From the NCBI GenBank assembly GCA_032128375.1, contig JAQBGU010000222.1, forward strand, positions 1-39,779: a stretch of 39,779 nucleotides of DNA, given 5' to 3'. The notes below the pieces were generated by a model. That model searched no databases, was not told the origin of the DNA, and was given only the letters and a program-made list of their open reading frames with translations. Positions 17,793-27,750 of the stretch are shown piece after piece. Position numbers and translations under genes: made by a program. Every line of letters starts with the position of its first letter. The stretch's first letter is position 1. Source of the stretch: Deltaproteobacteria bacterium (GTDB lineage: Bacteria; Myxococcota_A; UBA9160; SMWR01).

Positions 17793-20569
17793 ACGAAGGC
17801 CGTAACCGAGTGCTCATCCGCAATGCTATCGCGATCGCGGCCTGCTGCGCGTCGGGATTTGCTGGCCTGCTCTACGAAGTGTGTTGGATCCGGCGCGCGA
17901 CGCTCGCGTTCGGCTCGACGACGTTTGCAGTCAGCACCGTATTGGCGGTGTTCTTTCTGGGGCTCGCAATCGGCGGCTACGGGTTCGGACGGATCGCGGC
18001 CCGGGCGGAGCGACCCTTGCGGTTGTTCGCATGGATGGAACTCGCGGTCGCTGCGCTGGCATATGCGAGTGCGCTGCTATTCGATCTGGCGGATGGCGCC
18101 TACGGCAATGCTGCGCGAGCACTTGGAGAACAGCTCGGGATGCTGTTTGCGATTCGAGTCGCTTTGATTTCGCTCATCTTGCTTCCTCCCACGTTATTGA
18201 TGGGTGGGACGTTGCCGGTATTCTGTCGACAGTTCGTCGTCGATCGCGCGCTGATCGGTACCTCGACCGGACTGCTCTACAGCGTCAACACGTTGGGTGG
18301 CGCGCTGGGCTGCGCGGCCACCGGTCTGTGGTTGCTTCCGTGGCTCGGGTTGCGCGACACCATCACAGTGGGAGTCGGGCTGAACGTCTTGATTGCGGCC
18401 ACGATCGCTGCCGTCGGTTACAACGCGCACTCACCACGTCCCAATCCGGATGCACTCGATACAGTCGCACCCGTCAGGCCCCGCAACCCGGGCCTGGTCA
18501 AGCTTCTGGTGTTCTCGATCGGCGCGATCACGCTAGGCAACGAAGTACTGTGGACACGGTTTCTGGCTCTCGTGGCTTACAACACCGTGCACACCTACAC
18601 GATGACCCTCACGGTGGTCTTGGTCGGTATCGTACTGGGCAGCGCGCTCGCGAGCCGCATCGCCGATCGATCGACGATGCATGCCACCGCGTTTGGGGCA
18701 CTTCAGCTCCTCGCCGGTCTTGCCGTTGCGTTTTCGATGCAACTGCCACCCGGGTTCTGGCACGCCTTCGGCGGTCAGCAGCTCGGAATCTACGTTTCCG
18801 CACTACTGCCAGCGGCGATCTTGTCGGGAGCCGCCTTTCCCTTGGCCGTTCGAATGGTGGTGTCGGAGACAACGGACGCGAGTCGCGGTGTCGGGGGATT
18901 GTTGGCCGCGAACACGTTGGGCGGAGTGGCGGGGTCGCTGGCCATCGGGTTTGCCGCACTGCCAGTCTTGGGATTGCAGAGTGCGCTTCGAATCACGACC
19001 GGTGCGAGCCTTGCAGTCGGCGCGATCGCCTGGTTCGCGATCGATCGGCAACCAGGCGTAGGTTGGCGCCTCGCGGCCTTCGCGGGGGCCGTGGCGCTGT
19101 GGCTCGGCCTGCCCACGATCCTGAAGACACAGCTCCCCGCAGACTATCTCGCGCACAACGGCGAACTCATCGCATACAAGGAGGGTCGGGTGGCAAGTGT
19201 CGCCGTCATCCGGCGCCCCGGCATCGTCGAACTGGAAATCGATCGACTCTGGCAGGGGCAGGACTACAAGAGCCACCAGTCCCTGGTCGCACACGTGCCA
19301 ATGCTGCTCCACCCGAATCCGCGCCGCATCGCGGTCGTCGGAATCGGCGCTGGCCAGACGCCCAGTCGATTCCTGATGTACGCAATCGACAAGCTCGACT
19401 GCATCGACATCGAACCCGCGGTCTTCGACGTAGTCCGCGATCACTTCGATTCGGCGTGGATGAACGAGCCGCGCGTGCGCCTGGTCGGGGATGACGGGCG
19501 AAGCTACCTGGCCCACACCGCAGAGCAATACGACGTCATCTCTCTGGAGCTCGGGCAGATCTCGCGGCCCGGCGTGCCGTTTTTCTACACTGCGGACTTC
19601 TACGAACTCGCGCGGGCTCGGCTCGCGCCCGGCGGACTGGTCTCGCAATTCTTGCCGCTCGACGCGTTCACGTCGGACCAGTTCGCAGCAGTCGTTGCGA
19701 CCTTCCTGGGAACGTTCCCGAACAGTGTGTTGTGGTACAACACATCGGAGATGCTGTTGATCGGAACGAACGCCAGCCGGATCGAAATTCCGATGGCCCG
19801 ACTCTCCTTGTTGGATATTCCAGGACCGATTCGACGCGACTTGAATTACTCGCACTGGGGCGACTCGGGTCATCCCCTCCACGATCGCCGCGTATTTCTG
19901 GCAAGCCTGCTGTTGGGGCCCAAAGAATTGGCGTTGATCGCCCGCGGCGGGCCGATCTACCGCGACGACCGCCCGGTGTTGGACTACTCGGCGGCACGTC
20001 TTTCGTTCAGCGAAATCGCAGAACATCCGACGCTAACGGCACTGGAAAATCTGCTGACACCGCTGGAGCGCTGGTTGCCAGACCTCGCCCCCGATGAACT
20101 GGCTGAAATCGACTCGATTCGTCGTCGCAACCTGGGTGATATCCGCGTGGCTGCCACGCTCGCGCGCGCCAACACGATCATGGGGCGAAGACCACCGGAA
20201 GCAATCGTGGAGATCATCGAGGCGGTGCTCCCCCACAACCCGAGCAACTTTCTGGCGCGGCGCATGCTCGGCCAGGCACACGCGCGGCGGCACCAGTTCG
20301 ACGCCGCCGCGCGCGAGTTCTCGATCGCGATCGAAATCCGACCGCAGGATGCCCAAGCCCGCCGAGGGCTCGCACGAGCTCTGTACAGACAGGGAGACTT
20401 CGCTGCTTCGATCGAGCAATACCGAGCCGAACTCGCGTACCGTCCGGATAGTTCGGCGATTCACACAGAACTCGCCAGCGTGTTGAACGCAGCCGGCGAC
20501 AAGGCAGCATCGCTGCATCACCTCGACACGGCCGCTCGGCTGAAGAAGGCAGCGGCGGGCAACCGTTAG
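17783..20569 (+). CDS. Fused membrane (MFS-like)/spermidine-synthase-like SAM-binding protein with C-terminal TPRs
   Basis: SGFAGLLYEVCW, LLMGGTLP, LYSVNTLG membrane repeats; VVGIGAGQT, IDIEP, GDDGR, YDVI; helical TPR-like tail. Confidence 0.88.
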   Translation: MINYEGRNRVLIRNAIAIAACCASGFAGLLYEVCWIRRATLAFGSTTFAVSTVLAVFFLGLAIGGYGFGRIAARAERPLRLFAWMELAVAALAYASALLFDLADGAYGNAARALGEQLGMLFAIRVALISLILLPPTLLMGGTLPVFCRQFVVDRALIGTSTGLLYSVNTLGGALGCAATGLWLLPWLGLRDTITVGVGLNVLIAATIAAVGYNAHSPRPNPDALDTVAPVRPRNPGLVKLLVFSIGAITLGNEVLWTRFLALVAYNTVHTYTMTLTVVLVGIVLGSALASRIADRSTMHATAFGALQLLAGLAVAFSMQLPPGFWHAFGGQQLGIYVSALLPAAILSGAAFPLAVRMVVSETTDASRGVGGLLAANTLGGVAGSLAIGFAALPVLGLQSALRITTGASLAVGAIAWFAIDRQPGVGWRLAAFAGAVALWLGLPTILKTQLPADYLAHNGELIAYKEGRVASVAVIRRPGIVELEIDRLWQGQDYKSHQSLVAHVPMLLHPNPRRIAVVGIGAGQTPSRFLMYAIDKLDCIDIEPAVFDVVRDHFDSAWMNEPRVRLVGDDGRSYLAHTAEQYDVISLELGQISRPGVPFFYTADFYELARARLAPGGLVSQFLPLDAFTSDQFAAVVATFLGTFPNSVLWYNTSEMLLIGTNASRIEIPMARLSLLDIPGPIRRDLNYSHWGDSGHPLHDRRVFLASLLLGPKELALIARGGPIYRDDRPVLDYSAARLSFSEIAEHPTLTALENLLTPLERWLPDLAPDELAEIDSIRRRNLGDIRVAATLARANTIMGRRPPEAIVEIIEAVLPHNPSNFLARRMLGQAHARRHQFDAAAREFSIAIEIRPQDAQARRGLARALYRQGDFAASIEQYRAELAYRPDSSAIHTELASVLNAAGDKAASLHHLDTAARLKKAAAGNR

Positions 20570-20594
20570 GATTGCCACACCAAAGTGCTGTTAT

Positions 20595-21347
20595 TCAGCC
20601 CAAGTGCGCCAATCCAACCAGCGCATCCAGCGTGTGCGCAACTCGGTCGGCCATGGATTCCCCCTCGCTTCTCCGATACCCCCCATCGTCGCACTGTTCG
20701 CCAACGAGCCGCTCGAGCAACTCCTCCCGACGCAGCGGCGCTCCAGGAAGCGCGTGAGCCCGACACCAAACGAACACTCGCGTGGTGCGGACTGCGTCGT
20801 AGAGCCCCGTCACCAGACCGCGGTGTAGTTCGCGACCGCACCACTGTAGGATCGCATCGGCTGCTTCGTGCTGAACCAATGAGAAGCAATGGAAGTATGC
20901 AGCCGTCGACTCCCACGCATCCCCTTTCACGCGCTCGGGGTCCCAGAGCGTCGCGAGGTGGTTGGCAGCCGAATCGAGCGTGCGCTGGCGAACGAAATGG
21001 GTCTTCGCGAGGTAACCCGCAATCATTCCAGTGCAGAAAATTTCGCTCGCTTCCGAGATCGGTTCGACACCGCACCACGTGCCGTTTTCCCGTTGTTGCG
21101 AGGACAAGCGCGCACACGTGCGCTCGGCGAGCCCGGAGCCGAGCGCACCGATACTGTCGAGGGATTCGAGAATTTGCTGCCAATGGGTGGCTTGCTCGGC
21201 AATCTGCTCAGACTCGACCAGGCGTGCCAGCGCATCCGTCGGTTTCTCCCCGCCGCCCACGACAAGCGCGCAGCTGCGTGCGAGCCCTTCCGATTCGGCC
21301 ATCAGGAACGCCATCGCGCGCTCGCGTGCTTGCGACGTCTCGATCAT
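20595..21347 (-). CDS. Hypothetical protein with prenyltransferase/squalene-cyclase QW-like repeats
   Basis: LSSQQRENGTW and LVGEQCDDGGY resemble QW motifs; co-oriented with the methyltransferase. Confidence 0.6.
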   Translation of the reverse strand: MIETSQARERAMAFLMAESEGLARSCALVVGGGEKPTDALARLVESEQIAEQATHWQQILESLDSIGALGSGLAERTCARLSSQQRENGTWCGVEPISEASEIFCTGMIAGYLAKTHFVRQRTLDSAANHLATLWDPERVKGDAWESTAAYFHCFSLVQHEAADAILQWCGRELHRGLVTGLYDAVRTTRVFVWCRAHALPGAPLRREELLERLVGEQCDDGGYRRSEGESMADRVAHTLDALVGLAHLG

Positions 21348-21402
21348 GGCTGCCTCTGGGGAGCCTTTGCGGATGCAGGCACCGGGACCGCAGCCGTCGC
21401 CA

Positions 21403-21447
21403 TCACGCCTGCAACTAACACGCCTGCAACAATCACCCCTGCAACAA
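21403..21447. repeat. 15-bp tandem repeat x3 duplicating the methyltransferase stop region
   Basis: TCACGCCTGCAACTA ACACGCCTGCAACAA TCACCCCTGCAACAA. Confidence 0.85.
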
Positions 21448-22602
21448 CAGACCGGTCAGATATGCGCCTTCGGGGTGATCGATGGACACGGGGTGATCCA
21501 TCGGCGGGCCGAGCGTACGCAGAATTCGCAGCGGCCGGCCGGCATCGAGCGCCGCGCCGAACACCACCTTGCCAAACAGGTCAGGACCGACCGTATGCGA
21601 GCACGCAAACGCCAGCAAGAACGCACCCGGTGCCGCGCGCCGCAACGCAAATAGCAGGGAATCCTTGTAGGCTCGCGTAGCTTTGACCAGATCGCGCTTG
21701 TGCCGGGCGAGCGGCGGCGGGTCGACGATCAGCAGATCGTATAGGCCGTCATCCTGACGCAGGAACTGGTGAACATCGCCGCGTTCGAAACGCGCCGGCA
21801 GATCCGGCGCATTCGCGGCCAGGTTCAGCCTGGCAAGTTCGAGTGCGCTCGTCGAAGACTCCACCAGTGTAATCGCGCTGGCGCCGCCATTCGCCGCCGC
21901 GACCGAGAAACCGCCCGAATATGCGAACAGATCGAGAACCCGACGCCCGGCAGCCAACGACTGGACGAGGTCGCGCGAATCGCGCTGGTCGAGATAGAAA
22001 CCCGTCTTCTGTCCGTCGACGACGTCCACGCGGTAGCGGCGTCCGCGCTCGTCGATCTCGAATGGATCCTTGGGCGCATCGCCCCATAGTGCCCCCTGCA
22101 GGGCCGGGAAACCCTCGCGCCGCGCTGCTTGCGAATCGGCGCGTTCGAAACCGCTCGCGGCACCAGTGGCCTTACGCAGTTCTTCGAGAACCAGTTCGCG
22201 GCGCGTGTGCATCCCGGCGGCGACGAGCTTCGCTACGACCACATCGCGGTATTGATCAACCACCAGACCCGGCAGCCCGTCGCCCTCCGCATTGACTAGC
22301 CGCAACGAGTCGGTCCCAGACAGCAGCGGGATGTCGCGACGCCGTTCGACGGCGGCGGCAATGCGTGTGGCGACGAGCTCATCGCCAGGCGCTTGGTCGC
22401 CAAACGACAGCACGCGCACGCGCAGGCTCGAATGCGGCGAGTAATGCCCGAAAGCCAGCACTTCACCGTTCGACGTCGAAACGCGCGCCCAATCTCCTGG
22501 TTTTTCGCCACCGGTTACGCTCGCCACGGATCCGGACAGGACCCATGGGTGGCGACGGCGTACCGACCTGTCGCGTCCAGGTTTCAAGACAATATCGATC
22601 AT
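21433..22602 (-). CDS. rlmI: 23S rRNA m5C1962 methyltransferase (RlmI family)
   Basis: PUA-like RRHPWV, NAEGDGLPGLVVD, GQKTGFYLDQR, VLDLFAYSGGF, DPPP, ACS, DHP. Confidence 0.88.
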   Translation of the reverse strand: MIDIVLKPGRDRSVRRRHPWVLSGSVASVTGGEKPGDWARVSTSNGEVLAFGHYSPHSSLRVRVLSFGDQAPGDELVATRIAAAVERRRDIPLLSGTDSLRLVNAEGDGLPGLVVDQYRDVVVAKLVAAGMHTRRELVLEELRKATGAASGFERADSQAARREGFPALQGALWGDAPKDPFEIDERGRRYRVDVVDGQKTGFYLDQRDSRDLVQSLAAGRRVLDLFAYSGGFSVAAANGGASAITLVESSTSALELARLNLAANAPDLPARFERGDVHQFLRQDDGLYDLLIVDPPPLARHKRDLVKATRAYKDSLLFALRRAAPGAFLLAFACSHTVGPDLFGKVVFGAALDAGRPLRILRTLGPPMDHPVSIDHPEGAYLTGLLLQG

Positions 22603-22661
22603 GACGGCACTCTATCCGTCCGAGAGCCCCGCCAACAGTACCGGGCCGACTTCGCCCGGCC

Positions 22662-22855
22662 TCAGCGCGGAACGAGTGGACGGTCCTTGAGTTCGGCGCG
22701 CACCTCGCGGTACGTGACCGCGCTTCGGTTTACGGCCGTCTCTGTATTGGCTCCAGCACCATCTCCCAGACCTTGACGCTGTCGTTTTCGAAAAGCAGCT
22801 TCGTCCCAACGTCGCCGAGTGCTGGGTTGTGTCGTGAATTCGATTGTCCCGCCAT
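22662..22855 (-). pseudogene. Cupin-domain gene remnant with an internal deletion
   Basis: GGAGGA RBS, then MAGQSNSRHNPALGDVGTKLLFENDSVKVWEMVLEP; a frame change near 22750 leads to ETAVNRSAVTYREVRAELKD. Both ends of a small cupin are present, but the His-containing core is not. Confidence 0.68.
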
Positions 22856-22959
22856 GCCGGTCCTCCGCGGTCACGCTTCGGCCCTGTGGCTCGCCGACGA
22901 GTCCGGTAGCTTAGGGCCTCTGCCGCCGGAAGCCGGACGGCGATCGAGAAGGACAAAGC

Positions 22960-24993
22960 TTGCATCATTCGGACGAAAAAAAACCGACCAATCGCCTCGC
23001 GAACGAGACAAGCGCGTACCTGCGACAGCACATGCACAACCCGGTCGACTGGTATCCATGGGGCCACGAGGCGCTGCAACGGGCGCGGGCCGAAGACAAA
23101 CCGCTGTTGATTTCGATCGGTTACAGCGCGTGTCATTGGTGTCACGTGATGGAGCGCGAGTCATTCGAAAACTCCGCGATTGCCGCGCAGATGAACGAGG
23201 GCTTCGTCTGCATCAAGGTCGACCGCGAAGAACGACCCGATGTCGACCAGGTCTACATGGAGGCGGTGACGCGATTCATCGGCCGCGGAGGATGGCCCCT
23301 GACGGCGTTTTGCAACTCGTCCGGAGCGCCGTTCTATGGCGGCACCTATTTCCCGCCCGAAGCGCGCCACGGGATGCCCGGTTTCGGCGACCTGCTCCAG
23401 CAAATCGCCGAGATCTACCGCGGGCGACGCAGCGATGTCGAGCGAACTGCCGCAGCGTTGCTGGGCACGTTGAACCAGCGCGTTGTGGGCATGGCTGATG
23501 AACTCCCCAGCGAGGCGACGATCACACTTGCAGCGCGTTCCCTGATGCAGCGCGCCGACCACCTCAATGGCGGATTCGGCGAAGCTCCGAAGTTCCCGAG
23601 CCCGCCGTCACTCGAGTTATTGCTGGCTGCGTCCGACGTGCTGCCGCCCGACGAAGCCGCGAACGCAGTATCGCACGTCGCGTTCACTTGCAGATCGATG
23701 GCGCGCGGCGGGGTCTACGATCATCTCGGCGGCGGTTTTCATCGATACTCGGTCGATGCCCATTGGGGGATTCCTCATTTCGAAAAAATGCTCTACGACC
23801 AGGGACAGCTGCTCCGCGTGTACGCGGAGGCCTGGCGTCGCACCGGAACCGACGAGCTCCTGTGGCCGATCCGCGAGACCGTCGCGTTTCTGTGTCGAGA
23901 GATGGCCGCACCTGATGGCGGCTTCTTCGCGAGCCTCGACGCGGACAGCGAGGGAGTCGAGGGACTGTTTTATGCGTGGACGCCGGAGCAGATCGCGGCT
24001 GTGCTCGGTGACACACGTGCACCGGCATTCAACGCCGCGTACGGCGTGACGCAATCGGGCAATTTCGACGACCAGTCGACAGTATTGCGCGAGACCGGTG
24101 ATCAGCCGCGAAGCGAATTCGCGGGCGACCGAGAGCAACTCCGGATCGCTCGAGGACGACGCGTCGCACCAGGGACGGATACCAAGAGACTGACCGCGTG
24201 GAACGGCTTGGTCATATCGGGACTCGCACGCGCCGGAAGCCTGCTCGATGACCGGGAGATGGTCGACACGGCGGCAGCCACTGCGGACTTCCTGCTGAAA
24301 CAGGTGATCGACGAAAAGGGGCGCCCACTTCGCGTATTCGACCGCGGCATCGCGCGGATCCCTGCGTTTCTCGACGACCTCGCCGCGTTACTGGAAGCTT
24401 GTCTCGACCTGCATCGAGCCGGCGCCGGCAACCGCTATTTCGAAGCCGCACTGGCATTGGCCGAAGACATCGCAATGCGATTTTTCGATCTCGATCAAGG
24501 AGACCTGTTCTTCTCTCCCGATGATGGCGAACGGCTGGTCTCTCGACCGCGCACTGACCACGATGGCGCAACCCCGCAATCGACAGGACTGGCCGCGATG
24601 GGATTGGTCCGGGCCGCCGCGATGGGGGACCGAGCCGACCTTCACAACGTGGTCGATCGGCTATTTCGGACGCACGCGTTCGCGCTGCAACGGGCACCCG
24701 AGGCGTTCCCGACGCTGTCGCGCGCGGTGTTGGCTTCACAACGCGGGATCTGTGTGGCGGTCATTGTACCCGGCGACGACGCAGCGGGTGCCGAGAAACT
24801 CGCAGCTGGCGCGCGACGAATGCTGCGACCCGAGGACGCCGTCATCGTCAGTTCAGCGGGTCTGACCGCAATCTCGCCGCATTGGCTGCTCGGTCGCGAG
24901 GCCATCAACGGTCGCGCGACTGCATACGTGTGCCGGGCTTTCGACTGTTCGCTGCCGGTGCATACTGCAGACGAACTGGCGGCGCTGTGTTAG
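22960..24993 (+). CDS. Thioredoxin-domain protein, YyaL/SSP411 (DUF255) family
   Basis: [51 protein letters not shown]. Confidence 0.94.
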   Translation: MHHSDEKKPTNRLANETSAYLRQHMHNPVDWYPWGHEALQRARAEDKPLLISIGYSACHWCHVMERESFENSAIAAQMNEGFVCIKVDREERPDVDQVYMEAVTRFIGRGGWPLTAFCNSSGAPFYGGTYFPPEARHGMPGFGDLLQQIAEIYRGRRSDVERTAAALLGTLNQRVVGMADELPSEATITLAARSLMQRADHLNGGFGEAPKFPSPPSLELLLAASDVLPPDEAANAVSHVAFTCRSMARGGVYDHLGGGFHRYSVDAHWGIPHFEKMLYDQGQLLRVYAEAWRRTGTDELLWPIRETVAFLCREMAAPDGGFFASLDADSEGVEGLFYAWTPEQIAAVLGDTRAPAFNAAYGVTQSGNFDDQSTVLRETGDQPRSEFAGDREQLRIARGRRVAPGTDTKRLTAWNGLVISGLARAGSLLDDREMVDTAAATADFLLKQVIDEKGRPLRVFDRGIARIPAFLDDLAALLEACLDLHRAGAGNRYFEAALALAEDIAMRFFDLDQGDLFFSPDDGERLVSRPRTDHDGATPQSTGLAAMGLVRAAAMGDRADLHNVVDRLFRTHAFALQRAPEAFPTLSRAVLASQRGICVAVIVPGDDAAGAEKLAAGARRMLRPEDAVIVSSAGLTAISPHWLLGREAINGRATAYVCRAFDCSLPVHTADELAALC

Positions 24994-25071
24994 CTGGGCA
25001 ATTCTCCGGTTTCCCTGGCGGCAGATTCACGCAGTCGGGCTTGCACCCAGCCCCATTCGAAGGGACCGAAA

Positions 25072-26130
25072 ATGTCCAATTCCCGTGATGGTCGTCTGTA
25101 TCGCACTGGAGTCGAAGACGATTTGATACCGCTGTCGCCACTCGATCCCAGCCAGACGCAGAGCATCGACGAACTGGTTCGAGCAATGAGCCGGACCGCC
25201 TTCGGAGGTCGCCGGCTCGGGGAAGCCGCGGACGTACTGGAAGCGATGATTCGCGACCGGGATTGCTTCCGGGTCGTCACGATCAGTGGTGCGATGACAG
25301 TCGCCAAACAGGGTATCCTCTTGTGCGAGATGATCGATCGCGGCTGGGTGCAGGCCGTCGTGACCACCGGAGCCCTGATGACGCACGGGCTCAGCGAAGG
25401 AGCGGGGCTACTACATTTCCAACACAAGAGCGGCATGAATGACGAGGTTCTCTATCAAAAAGGTTACAACCGTGTGTACGACACGATCGAACTCGAGAAG
25501 AATCTCGATGATGTCTCGCGAATCCTGGAGCGCGTGCTTTCGGAAGTTCCCGAAGAAACAACCCTGTCGAGCCGAATGATCTGTCAGCTGCTGGGTCAAT
25601 ATCTGAAAGAGCACACATCGTCGCGCGCCATTTTGAAAAGCGCGCTGGCATTCGATGTTCCGGTCTACGTGCCGGCCTTCACCGATTCTGAGCTCGGTCT
25701 CGACGTCGCGATCCACAACCATCTGCGCGCGGCGGAGGGCAAGCCCGCCTTCCGCTTCGATCCATTCCTCGATCTCGAAGACTTCGCAAACCGGATTCGC
25801 GAGCACGAATCGATCGGCATCTTCACGATTGGCGGTGGCGTCCCGCGCAACTGGGCTCAACAGGTCGGACCTTACTTCGAGATCCAGAGAGTCCGGTTGG
25901 GAAGTACGACCCCTATCCGGCGCTATCGGTACGCGGTTCGGATCTGTCCTGAACCCGAACATTGGGGCGGACTCTCGGGCTGCGGATACAGCGAGGGGGT
26001 TTCCTGGGGGAAATTCGTCCCTGAGAACGAGGGCGGACGTTTCGCAGAAGTCTTCAGCGACGCGACCATCGCCTGGCCGATCATCGTACGTGCCGTAATC
26101 GAACGACTGGAGGGACAGCCTGTTGCATGA
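25072..26130 (+). CDS. Deoxyhypusine-synthase-like protein
   Basis: TTGALMTH, YNRVYDT, VPAFTDSELG, IGGGVPRNWAQQ, GGLSGCGYSEGVSWGK (conserved Lys), DATIAWP. Confidence 0.92.
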   Translation: MSNSRDGRLYRTGVEDDLIPLSPLDPSQTQSIDELVRAMSRTAFGGRRLGEAADVLEAMIRDRDCFRVVTISGAMTVAKQGILLCEMIDRGWVQAVVTTGALMTHGLSEGAGLLHFQHKSGMNDEVLYQKGYNRVYDTIELEKNLDDVSRILERVLSEVPEETTLSSRMICQLLGQYLKEHTSSRAILKSALAFDVPVYVPAFTDSELGLDVAIHNHLRAAEGKPAFRFDPFLDLEDFANRIREHESIGIFTIGGGVPRNWAQQVGPYFEIQRVRLGSTTPIRRYRYAVRICPEPEHWGGLSGCGYSEGVSWGKFVPENEGGRFAEVFSDATIAWPIIVRAVIERLEGQPVA

Positions 26131-26160
26131 AGGAGAGCGATCGGCTGTGCATCTGGCCTT

Positions 26161-26328
26161 GCGCGAATTCTCGAATTCTTCAGCGTTCTCGCTCGCACGC
26201 ACGCTAGAGCTGGCGCTCTACCGCGCAGACTCCTAGGGCGAATGCTTCGAATTCTTCAGCGGCGTCGCTCGCACGCGAGAGCTGGTGCGCTCCCGCGCAG
26301 ACTGCTGGCCGCTAGAAAGCATTCACGA
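26161..26328. repeat. Two tandem copies of a ~70-bp structured intergenic repeat
   Basis: Copies at 26161-26236 and 26238-~26308 (GCGAAT..TTCGAATTCTTCAGCG..GCTCGCACGC..AGAGCTGG..GCTC..CCGCGCAGACT). GCCGCTAGAAAGCATTC after copy 2 is an imperfect inverted copy of the repeat start. Confidence 0.88.
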
Positions 26329-26368
26329 TGCAGCGAAAAATCTCCGATATCCCGGTGGGGGTCATCGG

Positions 26369-26863
26369 ATGCTGTCTCGTGTCAGTTGGTTTTTATTGCT
26401 GCTCGCCTCGATCGCTTGCGCCGGTTCGCCGAGCGAACCCGCGCCCGGCGACCTTGCGGCCGAATACGCTGCGATGGGTAGTTTCGACAAAGCCGCTCGT
26501 GAAATCGACTTGGCGGTTCGGGCTCGCCCCCGCGATCTGACACTGCGGCGCCAAGCCGCACAGCTTCACAACCGCGCGGGGAACACACAGAGCGCGATCG
26601 ATCACCTCGAAGCCGCGATTCGGTTGGCCCCCAACGATTGGACGATCTGGCTCGAGCTGGCAGAGCGGGAGCAAGATCGCGCGAACGTTGCCGATGCCTA
26701 CGTCGCTTACCGGCGCGCATCGTTATTGGAACCCAATGACCTGCGGGCGGTATCTGGACTGGCACGCAGCGCCGACAACCTGGGTTTCGCCGAAGAAGCG
26801 CAGGCTGCCCGCGAACGCCGGCAACAACTCGAACGGGAACTGGGAATCGACAGCTCGCTCTGA
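26369..26863 (+). CDS. TPR-repeat lipoprotein
   Basis: MLSRVSWFLLLLASIAC lipobox-type signal; TPR-like AIDHLEAAIRLAP and AYRRASLLEP. Confidence 0.8.
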   Translation: MLSRVSWFLLLLASIACAGSPSEPAPGDLAAEYAAMGSFDKAAREIDLAVRARPRDLTLRRQAAQLHNRAGNTQSAIDHLEAAIRLAPNDWTIWLELAEREQDRANVADAYVAYRRASLLEPNDLRAVSGLARSADNLGFAEEAQAARERRQQLERELGIDSSL

Positions 26864-26874
26864 CTCTAGCCCAG

Positions 26875-26947
26875 GCGCGAATGCTTCGAACTGTTCACCG
26901 GCGTCGCCTGTACGCTGGAGCTGGCGCTCTACCGCGCAGACTCCTAA
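26875..26947. repeat. Third copy of the ~70-bp repeat
   Basis: GCGCGAATGCTTCGAACTGTTCACCGGCGTCGCCTGTACGCTGGAGCTGGCGCTCTACCGCGCAGACTCCTAA; the last 28 nt match copy 1. Confidence 0.88.
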
Positions 26948-27606
26948 GCCAACGCCCCTTCGACGAAGCTCGCGATCGCTTTCCGGATGGGCGGGGATGT
27001 GGAATTGAAGATCAAGCCCAGGTCGGGAATCAGTTGATAGCCGACCTCGGCGCGGACTTCGATCGAGCCGAACTTCGGAAGCGAGAATCGCAAGACGATT
27101 TGAGCACCGAGCAGCAGCGATTCGCTGCATCGAATCAGACAGCCGCTTTCTGACAGCGACAGGATCGCGACCGTCCACTGCTTGTCTGCTCGAATCGCGG
27201 TCGCCGAGATGTGGGTTGGAACGCGCGGAGCCGCCCGCGGCGTGTCTTCCAATACCTGCTGCATCAGGCGATACAGTTCGTGCAACCCGGCCGGGCGCTT
27301 GAGTGCACCGACGATTCGTTGGTCAGCGCCCGTCACCCCGTAGCGGCCAGTCAATACGATGATCGGAATCGGTGGCCCGCTGTCATCATCGATGTTGATC
27401 AGCGAGCGCTCGTCGACGATACGCAGGTCCGGCCGATCGAATTCGATGTGATTCGAAGCGCTGTCGAATTCCTCTGGAGTCACGATCTGGTAGCCGAGGT
27501 TTGCGAGTATCGAACGGCTCAGCCCGGTAAATGATTCGGGCGGCGCATCGGTTAGCACGAGTCGGCGGGGCAGCGATGCTTCTGCGGGAGGCGTGATCAC
27601 GGACAT
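26944..27606 (-). CDS. PilZ-domain protein with a degenerate receiver-like N-terminus
   Basis: RAAPR (RxxxR) then LSLSESGC and a beta-rich C-terminus; N-terminal PDLRIVD and PIIVLTG resemble a REC fold. Confidence 0.8.
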   Translation of the reverse strand: MSVITPPAEASLPRRLVLTDAPPESFTGLSRSILANLGYQIVTPEEFDSASNHIEFDRPDLRIVDERSLINIDDDSGPPIPIIVLTGRYGVTGADQRIVGALKRPAGLHELYRLMQQVLEDTPRAAPRVPTHISATAIRADKQWTVAILSLSESGCLIRCSESLLLGAQIVLRFSLPKFGSIEVRAEVGYQLIPDLGLIFNSTSPPIRKAIASFVEGALA

Positions 27607-27750
27607 ATGCTGTCGTTATCGGCAAGCGGCGCAGAGCATTGAGACGTCAGATTTTCAACGTTTCGTATTTTGGGGGGAGGCGCATGCGAATTCGAACGAG
27701 ATTCAATAATCACTATGGGGGCGAATATCCATGCGGGCTACAATGCGCCC

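Noticed and set aside
26161..26947. CRISPR array or integron attC cassette
   Set aside because: No unique spacers, no cas or intI gene, and no attC core sites.
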